Below are positions 29,917-43,675 of a stretch of DNA of 64,000 nucleotides, in pieces (within the stretch, counting starts at the first letter, position 1; every line of letters begins with the position of its first letter). The stretch is from positions 160,001 through 224,000 of the forward strand of contig CAWGHO010000002.1 of the NCBI GenBank assembly GCA_963822445.1, given 5' to 3'. The stretch comes from an uncultured Acidobacteriota bacterium (GTDB lineage Bacteria; Acidobacteriota; Thermoanaerobaculia; Gp7-AA8). The notes under the pieces were generated by a model. That model was given only the letters and a program-made list of their open reading frames with translations, did not search any database and was not told the DNA's origin. The position numbers and the translations under genes are program-made.

Positions 29917-31859
29917 CCGCGCTCCTCCTGCGACAACGTCAGCGTCACCTGCCGGTTGGCCGGCAAAGCTCCGCCTGGAACTGGATCTTGTGAGGTAACC
30001 ACTCCGCTTCCGATGGCCCGGACCGTCAGTCCACTCGATACCGCTCTGGCGATGGCCGCGCGGGCGTCGAGACCGCGCAGATCGGGGACTGGATGCCGCG
30101 TCCGCAGCCGCCTTCGAAGATTGCGAAAACGCGGCCAGCAACGGGCGGCTCGATGCCGATCGATCGCGACGGAATCGACGGCGGAACTCCGAGGTAGCGC
30201 AGCGATCGCTTCGGCGATCTCGCGGAACACCGGCGCGGCCACGGTGCCGCCGTAATGCTGGCCGCGCGGCTCGTCGATCACGACCAGAATAGCCAGCCGC
30301 GGCCGGTCGGCGGGCACATAGCCGGCGAACGATCCGACGAAGCGGTCGAGCGAGTAGCCGCCGCGCGAGGCCTTCTGCGCCGTGCCGGTCTTGCCGGCCA
30401 CGACATGCTCGGCGAGCGCGGCGCTCTCTCCCGTTCCGCGGGAGACGACGTTCTTCAGAATCTCGTTGAGGACCGCCGCGGTTTTCTCCGACATCACCCG
30501 CTTCGGCGAGGGCCGCGGCGGCTCGTAGATCACGTTGCCGTCGTCGTCGATGACCTTGGCGACGATCCGCGGCTCGACGCGCAGGCCGCCCGTCGCGACG
30601 GACGCAACCGCGCGAACGACCTGCAGCGGCGTCACGCTGATCTCCTGGCCGATGGAGAGCGAGGCCGGCGAGACCTGCGACCATTTCTCGGCTGCCGCAG
30701 GATGCCGCCCTCTTCGCCGGGCAGCGGCAGGCCGGTCTTCTCGCCGAATCCGAACTTGCGGATCCAGTCGTACAGCCGCTGCTGCCCCGAGGGCCAGGCC
30801 GACGCGGACGGTGCCGACGTTCGACGAATTCACGATCACGTCTTCGAAGGACATCAGCCCGTACTGATGGTTGTCGTGCTCGCCGATGATCACGTTCGCG
30901 ACCTGGATCTGGCCGTTGCCGCAATCGAGCATCTGCGACGGCGTGACGATCTGTTCTTCGAGCCCCGCGGCCGCGGTCACGATCTTGAACGTCGAGCCGG
31001 GCTCGTAGACGTCGTGCACGTTGCGGTTGCGCCAGGCGACGTTGTGTGAACTCTTTGAATCGATTCGGATCGAACGTCGGATACGAGGCCATGGCCAGGA
31101 TCGCGCCGTCGTTCGGATCCATGACGATCACCGAGCCGCCCGTCGCCCGCCAGCTCTTCATCGCTTTTTCCAGCGAGCGCTCGGCGATGAACTGGATGAC
31201 CGAGTCGAGGGTGAGGACGACGTGGTGTCCGTCGCGCGGGCGGTTGGGACCGTCGCCGCCGACGAGATACATCGCCTTCCGCGCGTCCTTCAGCAGCGTC
31301 ACTTTCCCGGGCGTGCCTTTGACGTGCTGGTCGAAGGAGTGCTCGATGCCGCCAAGGCCTGTCGCCGTCGACGCCGACGTAGCCAATGACGTTTGCGGCG
31401 AGCGTCGCCCGCGGATAGGAGCGGCGCTGCGACTCGAGAAAGTAGATACCCGGGAGCTGCAGCTTCTTCACTTCCGCGCTGACTTCGAGCGGCAGTTGCC
31501 GCGCGATCCAGGCGAAGCTGCCGTCGCCCTGCAGCTTGGTCTCGAGCTCGCGCGCGGTCAGGCCGAGTGCTTTGACCTTGGCCAGTTTCCGGGCAACGGC
31601 GCGGCGATCGGAGATCGCTTGAGGATCGGCGTAGATCGACTCGGCGGCGAACGCTCTCGGCGAGGACGCGCTCGCGCGAATCGAGGATCGAGCCGCGGAC
31701 CGGATTCAGATCGAGGGTGCGCTCCTGCTGGCGTTGCGCGCGCGCGACGTAATGGTCGTGCTTCACCAGCTGCACGTGAACGAGGCGGGCAACGATCACC
31801 AGCGCCCAGGCGGCCAGGAACGCGAAGAGCTGGAGAAGACGGCGCTGGGAGACATTCAC
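29913..31859 (-). CDS. ftsI: Penicillin-binding protein 3 with C-terminal PASTA domain; multiple probable sequencing frameshifts
   Basis: RGSILD, YEPGSTFK, SSN, GKTGT, VPDLRGL...GSGVVTSQDP across frames. Confidence 0.9.
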
Positions 31860-32254
31860 GGCGCCGTTCCTTCGAGCTTCCTGTTTGCGAGGTCCCGCTT
31901 CTGCGCGTCGACCAGCACGATCGCTTTCGGATCGGCCGGCTCGAAGGTGAGGGCCTTGGCCTTGGTCTCGACGGTCTCGAACGAGGTCAGCCGGTCCAGC
32001 TCACTCTGCAGGGCTTTGTGGCGGGTCTCGGTTTCCTTGAGCTGGTTCTGCAGGCGGGTGGTCTCGCGGCCGAGCTGGATGATCTGGACGTTCTGCCAGG
32101 CGAAGAGGAGCAGAAAGAGACCGATCGGCGCGCCCAGGGCCAGGACCGCGAGGAGCTCACGAAATCGCTGGCGATCTCTCTCGCGAACGATGTGGGTGTT
32201 TTCGATCGATTTCTTCTGTGTGTACATGACGGGCGACGCCGACAGCCGTCTCAT
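31856..32254 (-). CDS. ftsL: Cell division protein FtsL
   Basis: Single TM plus coiled coil, between rsmH and ftsI. Confidence 0.8.
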   Translation of the reverse strand: MRRLSASPVMYTQKKSIENTHIVRERDRQRFRELLAVLALGAPIGLFLLLFAWQNVQIIQLGRETTRLQNQLKETETRHKALQSELDRLTSFETVETKAKALTFEPADPKAIVLVDAQKRDLANRKLEGTAP

Positions 32255-32264
32255 GACGGCCGAA

Positions 32265-32408
32265 GCCGACGAACAAGGGTGAAGATCTGCCTACAAGCAC
32301 GGTGCGACGAGCCATCCACACACACCCACGCTCCACGCTCCACCCCTCCCGAGCTCCCCTACCGCACACACACCCACCCTTCCCCAACCTTCACCCTTGC
32401 TCTTCGGC
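32265..32408. repeat. 20-bp imperfect inverted repeat enclosing a C/A-rich spacer
   Basis: gccgacgaacaagggtgaag ... cttcacccttgctcttcggc. Confidence 0.7.
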
Positions 32409-32412
32409 TCCT

Positions 32413-32497
32413 GTTGCGAGGTTTCGCGGTTACGAGGTTCCGAGGTTCCGAGGAAGAACCACCCCGTAACCCCGCAACCTCGGAACCCCGCAACCTC
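32413..32497. repeat. Tandem-octamer inverted-repeat hairpin (GTTNCGNG family)
   Basis: 5 units, spacer, 4 inverted units, abutting the rsmH stop. Confidence 0.88.
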
Positions 32498-33414
32498 ACA
32501 ACTTCTCCGCGACCCTCAGCTTCGCGCTTCGCGATCGCGGATTTCCTGCGATTTCATCCTCTGAAGCAGTCACCGGACGTCCCGTCAGTTGCTCGATCAC
32601 CGCGCGCGCGCCGCAGCCGCAAACGGGCATGTGCGGCGGGCAGGTGCACTCGCCTTCCAGTCTGCGGAAGGCCCGTTTCACGATGCGGTCTTCGAGCGAG
32701 TGGAAGGAGATGACGGCCAGCTTCGCGCCGGGCTCGAGGACGCTCACCGCGTCGTCGACGAACTGCTCGAGGCCGACCAGCTCTTCATTCGTGGCGATGC
32801 GCAGCGCCTGAAAGGTCAGCGTCGAGGGATCGATCTCGCCGTAGCGCTGGTGCTTGACCGACTTGATGACCTCCGCGAGCTGCTTCGTCGTTTCGATCGG
32901 ACCGGTCACGCGCGAATGCACGATTGCCCGGGCGATGCGCCGGCGCCATCGGCTCTTCGCCGTAATCGCGGAGGATCCGGCTCAGCTCGAACTCGTCGAG
33001 CGTGTTCACCAGATCGGCCGCGCTCTTCCCCTCTGAGCCCATGCGCATGTCGAGCGGCGCGTCGAAACGGAACGAGAAACCGCGCGCCGCGTCGTCGAGC
33101 TGCATCGAGGAAACACCAAGGTCGGCGAGGATCCCGCTGACTTTTTCGATGCCTGACTGCTTCAGAATTTCAATGAGCGATTCATGACGGCCGCGAACGA
33201 GCGTCACCCGGTCGCCGAAACGGCTCAGCCGCTCCCGTGACCGCTCGAGTGCCGCCGGATCGCGATCGATTCCGATCAGCCGGACGTCCGGATGCTGCTC
33301 CAGCAGCGCTTCCGCATGTCCGCCCAGCCCCACCGTCGCGTCGACGAGCGTTCCGTCGGGGCGGGATGGGATCAGGTACTCGAGAATTTCGTTTAAAAGA
33401 ACCGGCTGGTGCAT
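32496..33414 (-). CDS. rsmH: 16S rRNA m4C1402 methyltransferase; one probable sequencing frameshift near 32940
   Basis: HQPVLL, DATVGLGGH, DLGVSSMQLD, FQALRI, SFHSLEDR, NPRSRSAKLR. Confidence 0.95.
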
Positions 33415-33416
33415 GC

Positions 33417-33872
33417 CTACACCCCATGCAGTTCCAGCTCCTTGAAGTCTTCTTCCGTGAGCGGCGTGTCCGTCAGCCGCTTCTTCATCTTCAATTCGTT
33501 CCAGACGATGAGGTGGTCCTGGCTGCCGAGCACGACCACGTCGTCGGCGATGCCGGCCACGTCGCGGAGGACGGCCGGAACGGTGATCCGGCCCTGGGTG
33601 TCGATGCTGCCGACCTGGCCGAAGTAGTTCACCCGCTCCAGCAGCCGGGCTTTCGCGGTCGAGGTCGAGGGGACCTTGGCCAGGCGGCCCTGGAAGTCGA
33701 ACCAGACCGGCAGGGGGTAGACCAGCGCGCTCTCGCCGTCGGTCGAGGTGATGAAGCAGTCGTTGCCGTACTTCTCTTCAATGATCTTGCGGAAATGGGC
33801 CGGGACCTTGAGGCGCCCTTTTTCATCGATCTTCGCGGGGCTGTGCCCCATGAGTACGCTGAGTTCCACCAT
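33417..33872 (-). CDS. mraZ: Transcriptional regulator MraZ
   Basis: Two DxxGR motifs (DEKGR, DTQGR); first gene of the dcw cluster. Confidence 0.95.
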   Translation of the reverse strand: MVELSVLMGHSPAKIDEKGRLKVPAHFRKIIEEKYGNDCFITSTDGESALVYPLPVWFDFQGRLAKVPSTSTAKARLLERVNYFGQVGSIDTQGRITVPAVLRDVAGIADDVVVLGSQDHLIVWNELKMKKRLTDTPLTEEDFKELELHGV

Positions 33873-33911
33873 TCGTAGAGCCGTTTCCGCTGTTGCGATG
33901 GCCCGTTTCTA

Positions 33912-33945
33912 CCACTGAGGTCCACCAAAGTCCACAATTTTCCAC
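33912..33945 (-). promoter_or_regulatory. MraZ-binding box: four GTGG repeats at 10-bp spacing
   Basis: CCAC on the + strand at 33912, 33922, 33932 and 33942, just upstream of mraZ. Confidence 0.85.
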
Positions 33946-33963
33946 CAAGACAATAAAAAAAGG

Positions 33964-34037
33964 GGGTGTAGTGTGGGCCTCAGGCCTACCTCTGGGCGGG
34001 GACCCCCGAAAGGCAGGCCGGAGGCCTACACCACACC
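33964..34037. repeat. REP-like inverted pair
   Basis: ggtgtagtgtgggcctcaggcctacct ... aggcaggccggaggcctacaccacacc. Confidence 0.8.
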
Positions 34038-34039
34038 GC

Positions 34040-34513
34040 TTACTTCGACTTCTTGAATCGTCCCAGAAACTCGCTGCCCACCAGGTTGTCGGCCGCGTTG
34101 AGCACGTTCTGGATCGTGCCCAGGATGTCCTCGCTGCCGCTCCAGTGCTCGCGGAGGATCTCCGGGTCGGTGTCGGTCAGCATCTTGTTCAGCAGGTAGA
34201 CGCCGAAGACGAGGTCGTCGATGTAGCCGATCGGGCCGAGGAAGGCCTCCGGCATGATGTCGAGGGGAAAGAGGTAGTAGGCCAGCCCGCTGCCGAGCAT
34301 GACCTTGTTCTTCGAGCTCACCCGGCCGTCGTTGATCAGCCGCCAGAGCAGCATGAACATGTCCGGCACGAGCAGCAGGTACTCGCCGGTCTTGCCAGCC
34401 AGCGAGCCTTTCTTTTCGAGATAACGGCAGATGTTCTCGCGGATCTTGTCGTAGAAGCGCTCGGCGCGATCGCGCGAAACGTTGTGATCGAGCTCCGTTG
34501 CAGTGTCGTCCAT
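34040..34513 (-). CDS. YkvA/DUF1232-family membrane protein
   Basis: YYLFPLDIMPEAFLGPIGYIDD. Confidence 0.85.
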   Translation of the reverse strand: MDDTATELDHNVSRDRAERFYDKIRENICRYLEKKGSLAGKTGEYLLLVPDMFMLLWRLINDGRVSSKNKVMLGSGLAYYLFPLDIMPEAFLGPIGYIDDLVFGVYLLNKMLTDTDPEILREHWSGSEDILGTIQNVLNAADNLVGSEFLGRFKKSK

Positions 34514-34978
34514 TTACAAACCTCCCGTGGGCAGATCGGCGCCGCCCCGCCCGAGCGTGACCGCGAGGCCGCCGTCGATGATCCAGATTTTCTGGATATC
34601 GGCGGAGATGAAAGGTGGCAAAAACCGATCCAGAGACATCACCAGCGTGGCCGGCTCTTCGAACGTGACCAGCTCCTTCGGAAAGCGTTGCCGCAGCAGC
34701 CCGACCAGCAGCGTGGGAATGGGAATCGGCCCCGCGGAAATGCGCCCCAGCGGCACGCGTACCGTCGTCCCTTTCGCCTGGATCTGGGTGATGTCGACCG
34801 TGAACGGCACGGCGATGAACTTGCGAACGATGCCTTCGACGCGCAGGAGACCGTTCGAGAACTTCAGGTCCATCCGCTCGATCATCGGCTCGCGCTTGAC
34901 CATGTCCCGGGCCATCGCCGCGATCTTCTCGCCGCTGACCCGGACATCGATGGCATCCCACTCGACGAAGTGCTTCAT
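34514..34978 (-). CDS. Hypothetical protein
   Basis: ORF with typical codon usage, directly upstream of the DUF1232 gene. Confidence 0.65.
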   Translation of the reverse strand: MKHFVEWDAIDVRVSGEKIAAMARDMVKREPMIERMDLKFSNGLLRVEGIVRKFIAVPFTVDITQIQAKGTTVRVPLGRISAGPIPIPTLLVGLLRQRFPKELVTFEEPATLVMSLDRFLPPFISADIQKIWIIDGGLAVTLGRGGADLPTGGL

Positions 34979-35031
34979 GGTGCCACTTTTACCTTTTACC
35001 TTTCCCCGTTCAACTTCTATCATCCGCGCCA

Positions 35032-38223
<3,192 letters not shown>

Positions 38224-38262
38224 CCCCTGGAAAGAAACGAACGGTCGTGCTATTTTGCACCG

Positions 38263-39150
38263 ATGACTGACGTTCCTCTCGCTGCCCGCGTCGGCTCTCC
38301 CCTGTCCCTCACCCTCGTCCGTGGCGCTCTTCGCGTCCTCTCCCACGCCTCGCCGGCCGTGGCTTCGCGCGTGGCGATGGACCTGTTCATGACGCCGCGC
38401 CGTCATCGCACGCCGGAGCGCGAGCGCGCCCTGCTGGCAAGCGCGACCCCGTTCGACGTCCGCCTCGGCGACTCGACCACGATCAAGGCCTGGAGTTGGG
38501 GCAGCAGCGGTCCGGTCGTGCTGCTCGTGCACGGCTGGGAAGGACGCGGATCGCAGATGACCCCGTTCGTGCAGCCGCTGGTCGACGCCGGTCATCGCGT
38601 GATCGCGTTCGACGCACCGGGGCACGGCGCGTCGGATGGAAATCGCTCGTCGCTGCCGCACTTCACGTATGCATTGCGCGCGGTCGCCGCGGCCACCGCC
38701 GAGCCGCACGCGATCATCGCCCACTCCCTCGGCTGCGCCGCCGCAACCCTGGCCCTTCGCGAAGGCCTCACCGCGAACGGTCTGGTTTTCATGGCCCCGC
38801 CGCTCGAGCCGGTCGACTACACGGCGCGGTTCGGCGAGATCCTCGCCCTCGACACCACGATCATCGATCGCATGCGCCTGCGGATCGAAGAGCGTTTCCT
38901 GCGCAAGTGGACCGACTACTCGCTCGCCTTGACCGCCCGGGACATGACCGCGCCCCTACTGATCGTCCACGACCGCCAGGACCAGGAGACGTTCTGGACC
39001 GAAGGAAACGCCCTCGCCTCACTCTGGCCCAACGCGCGATTGATCACGACGGACGGATTGGGACACCGGCGCATTCTGCGCGAGCCGTCGCTCGTTGCAG
39101 AAGCGGTCGCGTTTATCAGTTCGGCGCTTCGCGTCTCTCAGTCGGGGTAG
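38263..39150 (+). CDS. Alpha/beta fold hydrolase
   Basis: LVHGWEG, FDAPGHG, AHSLG, HD..D, GLGHRRIL. Confidence 0.88.
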   Translation: MTDVPLAARVGSPLSLTLVRGALRVLSHASPAVASRVAMDLFMTPRRHRTPERERALLASATPFDVRLGDSTTIKAWSWGSSGPVVLLVHGWEGRGSQMTPFVQPLVDAGHRVIAFDAPGHGASDGNRSSLPHFTYALRAVAAATAEPHAIIAHSLGCAAATLALREGLTANGLVFMAPPLEPVDYTARFGEILALDTTIIDRMRLRIEERFLRKWTDYSLALTARDMTAPLLIVHDRQDQETFWTEGNALASLWPNARLITTDGLGHRRILREPSLVAEAVAFISSALRVSQSG

Positions 39151-39194
39151 ACGGTAGGCAGGGGCCGAAAAACTCTCCTACAATTGAAAACGTA

Positions 39195-39419
39195 ATGAGC
39201 CGCGTACCTCTCGATCAGATCCTCGGTCTCCCGGCTACCGAGCGCGTCGAGATCGCGCAACAGATCTGGGAGAGCGTCTTGGCCCATCCTGAAGCGGTCC
39301 TCCTCACGGAGGCGCAGAGGAATGAGCTGGAGCGCCGCTGGCTCGCGTTTGAGCAAAATCCCGATGAGGGTGAGCCTTGGGACGACGTGAAGCGATCGCT
39401 GCTTAGCGATGATTCATAG
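39195..39419 (+). CDS. Addiction-module antitoxin (TIGR02574-like)
   Basis: LPATERVEIAQQIWESV, LTEAQRNELERR, PWDDVK; overlaps the toxin start. Confidence 0.85.
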   Translation: MSRVPLDQILGLPATERVEIAQQIWESVLAHPEAVLLTEAQRNELERRWLAFEQNPDEGEPWDDVKRSLLSDDS

Positions 39420-39708
39420 AGTCATCATTCGCCCGGAGGCGAAACAAGATCTCCGTGAGGCAAAGGCCTGGTATCGAAACATCTCTCGCGACCTTCGAGA
39501 TGATTTCGTTCGTCGGGTCGACGACGCGATCTCTCTAGTCAAAGAACGACCACTCGCATTTCAGGTCGTCCACCGAACATTCCGACGAGTATTGCTACAT
39601 CAGTTTCCTTACGCGCTTTTCTATCACGCCGGCGAGGATCGAATCGTCGTTGTCGGCGTCCTCCATCAAGCGCGCGATCCAGAGACGATCGAGTTGCGCG
39701 AGCAATGA
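39409..39708 (+). CDS. RelE/ParE-family type II toxin
   Basis: IRPEAKQDLREAKAWY, RRVLLHQFPYALFY, VLHQARDP. Confidence 0.88.
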   Translation: MIHRVIIRPEAKQDLREAKAWYRNISRDLRDDFVRRVDDAISLVKERPLAFQVVHRTFRRVLLHQFPYALFYHAGEDRIVVVGVLHQARDPETIELREQ

Positions 39709-39735
39709 CGCGAGCCCTCGCTCATTGCACGCCTG

Positions 39736-39826
39736 ATGGAGTGCGGCGGCTCTGCCGCCGCTTTGGCAGCGCGCGGAGCGCGCCTCCGGCGCGTGGGAAA
39801 GCGGCGGCAGAGCCGCCGCACTCCAT
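39736..39826. repeat. REP-like perfect 29-bp inverted pair (GGAG type)
   Basis: atggagtgcggcggctctgccgccgcttt ... aaagcggcggcagagccgccgcactccat. Confidence 0.9.
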
Positions 39827-40845
39827 TACTGCGTGATGTTCACCCAGATCTTCGTCGACGCCATTTCCGTCTTGAAGACGTTCATCGCGCGGACGTTGTA
39901 CTCCACGCGCTTGCCAGCGGCAGCGGCGATGGCGCCGCCGGAGAGCTGGCGGTGAGGGCGCGCGCCGCCCGGCTTGCGGGTGCGGTAGACGGCGTGGGGG
40001 AACGGTGAGGGCTTCTCGAACTCGATGATCACTTCATCCGCGGTCACGTCGGCGCCGCCGATGTAGCGGAAATCCCATTCGATGCCTTCGCCGACCTTGA
40101 GCGTGACTTCGAGCGGGTACGCCATGACGTAGAACCGGCCGGCGCCCTGCTCGATGTCGATGCGGACGGGCACCGTGCGGACGGCGATGAGGTTGATGGT
40201 GTCTTCGAGACGCAGCAGGCGATCGGACGACGCCGGCGGTGCGGCAATCGCCGAAGGTGCCTCGGCACGCGGCGGCGCGGGGATGAACGACGCCGGTCGC
40301 GGCTTTTCCGTCGAGAGCCAGGCCGCGGCTGGCGCGCCGCTGGACGTGATGCGCGTACGGGCGCGGCGGCCGCGCTTCTTCTCCGGCTCCGGAACATTGG
40401 GAGCTACCGGCGCGGCGGGTTTCGCCGGCGGAAAGGCGACCGGCTTGCTGATCGTGATCGGCTTCCCGGCCGGTTTGCCCGCCGGCTTCGGCGCGGGCGC
40501 CACTTTCGCGGCGACCTTGGGCGCAACCTTCTGAACGACTTTCGGGGCCACCTTCGCCGCGGCTTTCGGGGCTGCTTTCGCGGCCTTCTTCACCACTTTC
40601 GCGGCGGCTTTGGTCACCTTCACCGCGGCCTTCTTCACCTTTTTGGCAGCTTTCGCGGGTTTGACCGGCTTCTTGGCGACCGGTTTCTTCGGAGCAGCGG
40701 CCTTTTTCGGCGGTGCGGCGGCTTTGGCTTTCTTCGGGGCGGCCTTCTTGGCGACCGCCTTCACCGCGCTCTTTACGCGTGCGGCTACCTTCTTCGCCGC
40801 GTCTTTGCCCCGTGCGGCGGGCTTTTTCCCCTGCGCCTTAGCCAT
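39826..40845 (-). CDS. Histone H1-like Lys/Ala/Pro-rich protein with a C-terminal globular domain
   Basis: About 150 aa of KKAA/APK repeats, KKRGRRAR, then about 100 aa beta-rich region. Confidence 0.75.
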   Translation of the reverse strand: MAKAQGKKPAARGKDAAKKVAARVKSAVKAVAKKAAPKKAKAAAPPKKAAAPKKPVAKKPVKPAKAAKKVKKAAVKVTKAAAKVVKKAAKAAPKAAAKVAPKVVQKVAPKVAAKVAPAPKPAGKPAGKPITISKPVAFPPAKPAAPVAPNVPEPEKKRGRRARTRITSSGAPAAAWLSTEKPRPASFIPAPPRAEAPSAIAAPPASSDRLLRLEDTINLIAVRTVPVRIDIEQGAGRFYVMAYPLEVTLKVGEGIEWDFRYIGGADVTADEVIIEFEKPSPFPHAVYRTRKPGGARPHRQLSGGAIAAAAGKRVEYNVRAMNVFKTEMASTKIWVNITQ

Positions 40846-40921
40846 GAAAGTGCCTCTCCGGAAGGTGGGATGAAAAATGGATGGCGCAATATAGCAGCGG
40901 TCGGTCAGTAAGCAAACATGA

Positions 40922-41629
40922 TTATTGGAAAACACCGCCGACGCTGAAACCGCCGTCCACGGCGATGACCTGGCCGGTGATGTACGCCGCCGGGGGCATG
41001 CAGAGGAACGCCGTAAGTCCCGCCACTTCAGATGGTTCCCCGATCCGCCCCAGCGGTGTCCGGTCCAGGATCTTCGCCAGCCGGGCCGGATCGTCGAGGA
41101 CCGGCTGGGCGAGCGGCGTGCGGATGTACCACGGCGCGACGGCGTTCACCCGGATTCCATCTTCAGCCCATTCCGCGGCCAGCCCGCGCGTCAGGTGAGC
41201 GACCGCCGCCTTGGTCATCGCGTACGGGAGTCCGGTGCCGAGGTGGCGGAAGGAAGCGACCGATACGACGTTGACCACCGACGCGTCGCCGGACCTGGCC
41301 AGCAGCGGATGCGCGAGCCGACAGATCTCGAACACCGAGTCCATGTTCGTCTCCCGGATCCGCTCGTACTCCTCGTACGAGTAGTCGTTTGCCTTCCGGC
41401 GGATGTTCGTCCCGGCGTTGTTGACGAGGATGTCGAGCGACTCGAGGCCCGCGAACATCCTCCTGCGATCGTCGGGTTTGGTCACGTCCGCGGAAATGTC
41501 GGCGGCCTCGCCGCGCGCGACGCGAATGACCTTCGCGCCGAATCGCGCCAGCTCGTCCGCGATGGCCAGGCCGATCCCGGCGGTGGCGCCGGTGACCAGG
41601 GCGGTTTTATTTTCGAGAGTCCACTTCAT
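40922..41629 (-). CDS. SDR oxidoreductase, tropinone reductase-like
   Basis: [32 protein letters not shown]. Confidence 0.88.
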   Translation of the reverse strand: MKWTLENKTALVTGATAGIGLAIADELARFGAKVIRVARGEAADISADVTKPDDRRRMFAGLESLDILVNNAGTNIRRKANDYSYEEYERIRETNMDSVFEICRLAHPLLARSGDASVVNVVSVASFRHLGTGLPYAMTKAAVAHLTRGLAAEWAEDGIRVNAVAPWYIRTPLAQPVLDDPARLAKILDRTPLGRIGEPSEVAGLTAFLCMPPAAYITGQVIAVDGGFSVGGVFQ

Positions 41630-42950
41630 CCCGCAACACATCCCTCAACTCTTCCGCGATCCGTTTGATCTGCGAGTCGTCCTCCCCTTCCACCATCACT
41701 CGCACGAGATTCTCCGTTCCCGAATAACGCACCAGCACGCGTCCGCGTCCGCCCAGGTCGGTCAGCGCGGTTTTCAGCGCCTCCTGATACTTCGGCAGGG
41801 ACTCGAGCGGCGGTTTCGACGCGACCTTCTGATTGAGCAGAAGCTGGGGCATCGGATCGAAGGTGTGCAGCTTCGAGAACGGTGCGCCCATTTCGCCGAG
41901 GATGTGGCCGAAGACGAGGGCGGTGTGGATGCCGTCGCCGGTGGTGTGGACGGTGCGGTCGATGATGTGGCCGGACTGCTCGCCGCCGAGGATCGAGCCG
42001 CGCTCGAACATCATCTCCAGCACGTACTTGTCGCCCACGTTCGCGCGGCAAAGCTCGATGCCGTCCTCCTTCAGCTGCTTCTCGAACCCGAAATTCGACA
42101 TCACCGTCGTGACCACGCATCCGCCCTTCAGCTCATTGCGCTGGCGGAGATGCTTCGCCCACAGATAGATGATCTCGTCGCCGTCGCGGATCTTGCCCGC
42201 GTCGTCCGCGAAGATCGCGCGATCCGCATCGCCGTCGAACGCCACACCGTAATCGGCGTTCTGCTCGACGACGGTCTGCGCAAGACGCTGCGGGTGCAGC
42301 GCGCCGGATTGCTCGTTGATGTTGCGGCCGTTCGGCGCGTCGTGGATGACCACGACTTCCGCGCCCGCGCGACGGAACACTTCCGGACCGATGCGATGCG
42401 CGGCACCGTAGCCGGCGTCGAGCACGACTTTCTTTCCCGTGAGCGCGCCCGGCGGCACACCCGAGATCAGGAAACGCTCGTACGCTTCGATGAGCTCCGG
42501 CCGCTCGGTGTTCAGTTCCCGCAGCTCGGGCATGTGGTCGACGGTGACCGCGCGGAGATCGTCCTCGATCTCTTCCTCGATCGCGTCGGCGAGCTTCATT
42601 CCGTCGTGGCCGAAGATCTTCACGCCGTTGTCTTCGAAGGGATTGTGCGAAGCGGAGATCGAGATCGCCGCGACGGCATCCGTCGTCTTGCAGAGATAGG
42701 CGACGCCGGGAGTGGGGATCACGCCGACGAGAATCGGTTCGCCGCCTTCGCTGGCGATGCCCGCCGCGAGCGCACCGGCGATCTCCGGTCCCGACTCGCG
42801 CGTGTCCATCCCCAGCAAGATTTGCGGCCGCTCCGCCTCTTTCTTGAAACGATGCACGAGCGCGTTGCCGAGCTTGTACATCGTGGGCGGATCGAGCGGA
42901 TACTGCCGCGCTTTGCCGCGAATGCCGTCGGTGCCGAAGAGTTGTCTCAT
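41607..42950 (-). CDS. glmM: Phosphoglucosamine mutase
   Basis: [33 protein letters not shown]. Confidence 0.96.
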   Translation of the reverse strand: MRQLFGTDGIRGKARQYPLDPPTMYKLGNALVHRFKKEAERPQILLGMDTRESGPEIAGALAAGIASEGGEPILVGVIPTPGVAYLCKTTDAVAAISISASHNPFEDNGVKIFGHDGMKLADAIEEEIEDDLRAVTVDHMPELRELNTERPELIEAYERFLISGVPPGALTGKKVVLDAGYGAAHRIGPEVFRRAGAEVVVIHDAPNGRNINEQSGALHPQRLAQTVVEQNADYGVAFDGDADRAIFADDAGKIRDGDEIIYLWAKHLRQRNELKGGCVVTTVMSNFGFEKQLKEDGIELCRANVGDKYVLEMMFERGSILGGEQSGHIIDRTVHTTGDGIHTALVFGHILGEMGAPFSKLHTFDPMPQLLLNQKVASKPPLESLPKYQEALKTALTDLGGRGRVLVRYSGTENLVRVMVEGEDDSQIKRIAEELRDVLRDEVDSRK

Positions 42951-43675
42951 TGGTCCTGTGTGTCCGTTTTTTCCTGATTGGCCGTAGTTGTTGTAGCTGT
43001 GGTGTCGGTCGCCGGCTGATTCGGTCCCATTTCCGGGAGGACCGGTACGGTGACCTGCGTGGTGAGCGGAGAGATGACCCGCACCAGCGATGAGTCGGAG
43101 ACGACCGCGACGGTCTGCACGAACGTCTCCGTGCGGTTGGTCATGATAATCCGGTCAGTCGTGACCTCGGACACCTGCATGACCTGCGAAGCCGGCCCGG
43201 AAATCAGCGCGCGATCTGGACTCGACGTCGCATCGCCGACCAGGTAACCCGCAGGTGGCCCGGCGACGACGAATGGTCGAATCGGCACCGTCCGCCGCCG
43301 CAATTGCTCGATGCGGACGCGGAACTTGTTCGGCGTGATCGTCACCACTTCGACGTTCTCGGGGAGGTTGATGCCCTGTGGCCGCAGCGTGATCTCGACT
43401 TCGCCTGGCTGGGTGATCCAGCTCAGATCGACGGGAACGTCGAGCATGGCCGGTGTCAGCGCGCGAAGCTCCGACTCGCGCCCGCGAACGCGAACGGTGA
43501 CGCTCGCCGGCAGATCCTCGGTGCTGGTGATGATCAGATTCCGCGTCAGCGGCACGAGCGAGATCGGCGCGGTGAGAATCTTCTCCCGCACGAGCTCCCG
43601 CCGCGGCGCGGACACGATCAGCCAGACCACGGCGGCGAGAAAGAGCGCGACGAACTTGAGGCCGAGGTTTCTCAT
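42947..43675 (-). CDS. cdaR: CdaR/YbbR-like regulator
   Basis: N-terminal LKFVALFLAAVVW, YbbR-type repeats, between cdaA and glmM. Confidence 0.85.
   Translation of the reverse strand: MRNLGLKFVALFLAAVVWLIVSAPRRELVREKILTAPISLVPLTRNLIITSTEDLPASVTVRVRGRESELRALTPAMLDVPVDLSWITQPGEVEITLRPQGINLPENVEVVTITPNKFRVRIEQLRRRTVPIRPFVVAGPPAGYLVGDATSSPDRALISGPASQVMQVSEVTTDRIIMTNRTETFVQTVAVVSDSSLVRVISPLTTQVTVPVLPEMGPNQPATDTTATTTTANQEKTDTQDQ

Noticed and set aside
25100-32950. Frameshifts in murD, murF, murE, ftsI and rsmH read as cell-wall gene decay
   Set aside because: They cluster in one block, are mostly +1 indels and include the non-wall gene rsmH, while murA, murC, murG, mraY and ftsW are intact. This fits a low-accuracy stretch; read polishing would settle it.
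17399-33872. Absence of murB and ddl from the dcw cluster
   Set aside because: These genes are often located elsewhere, so absence from one window is uninformative.
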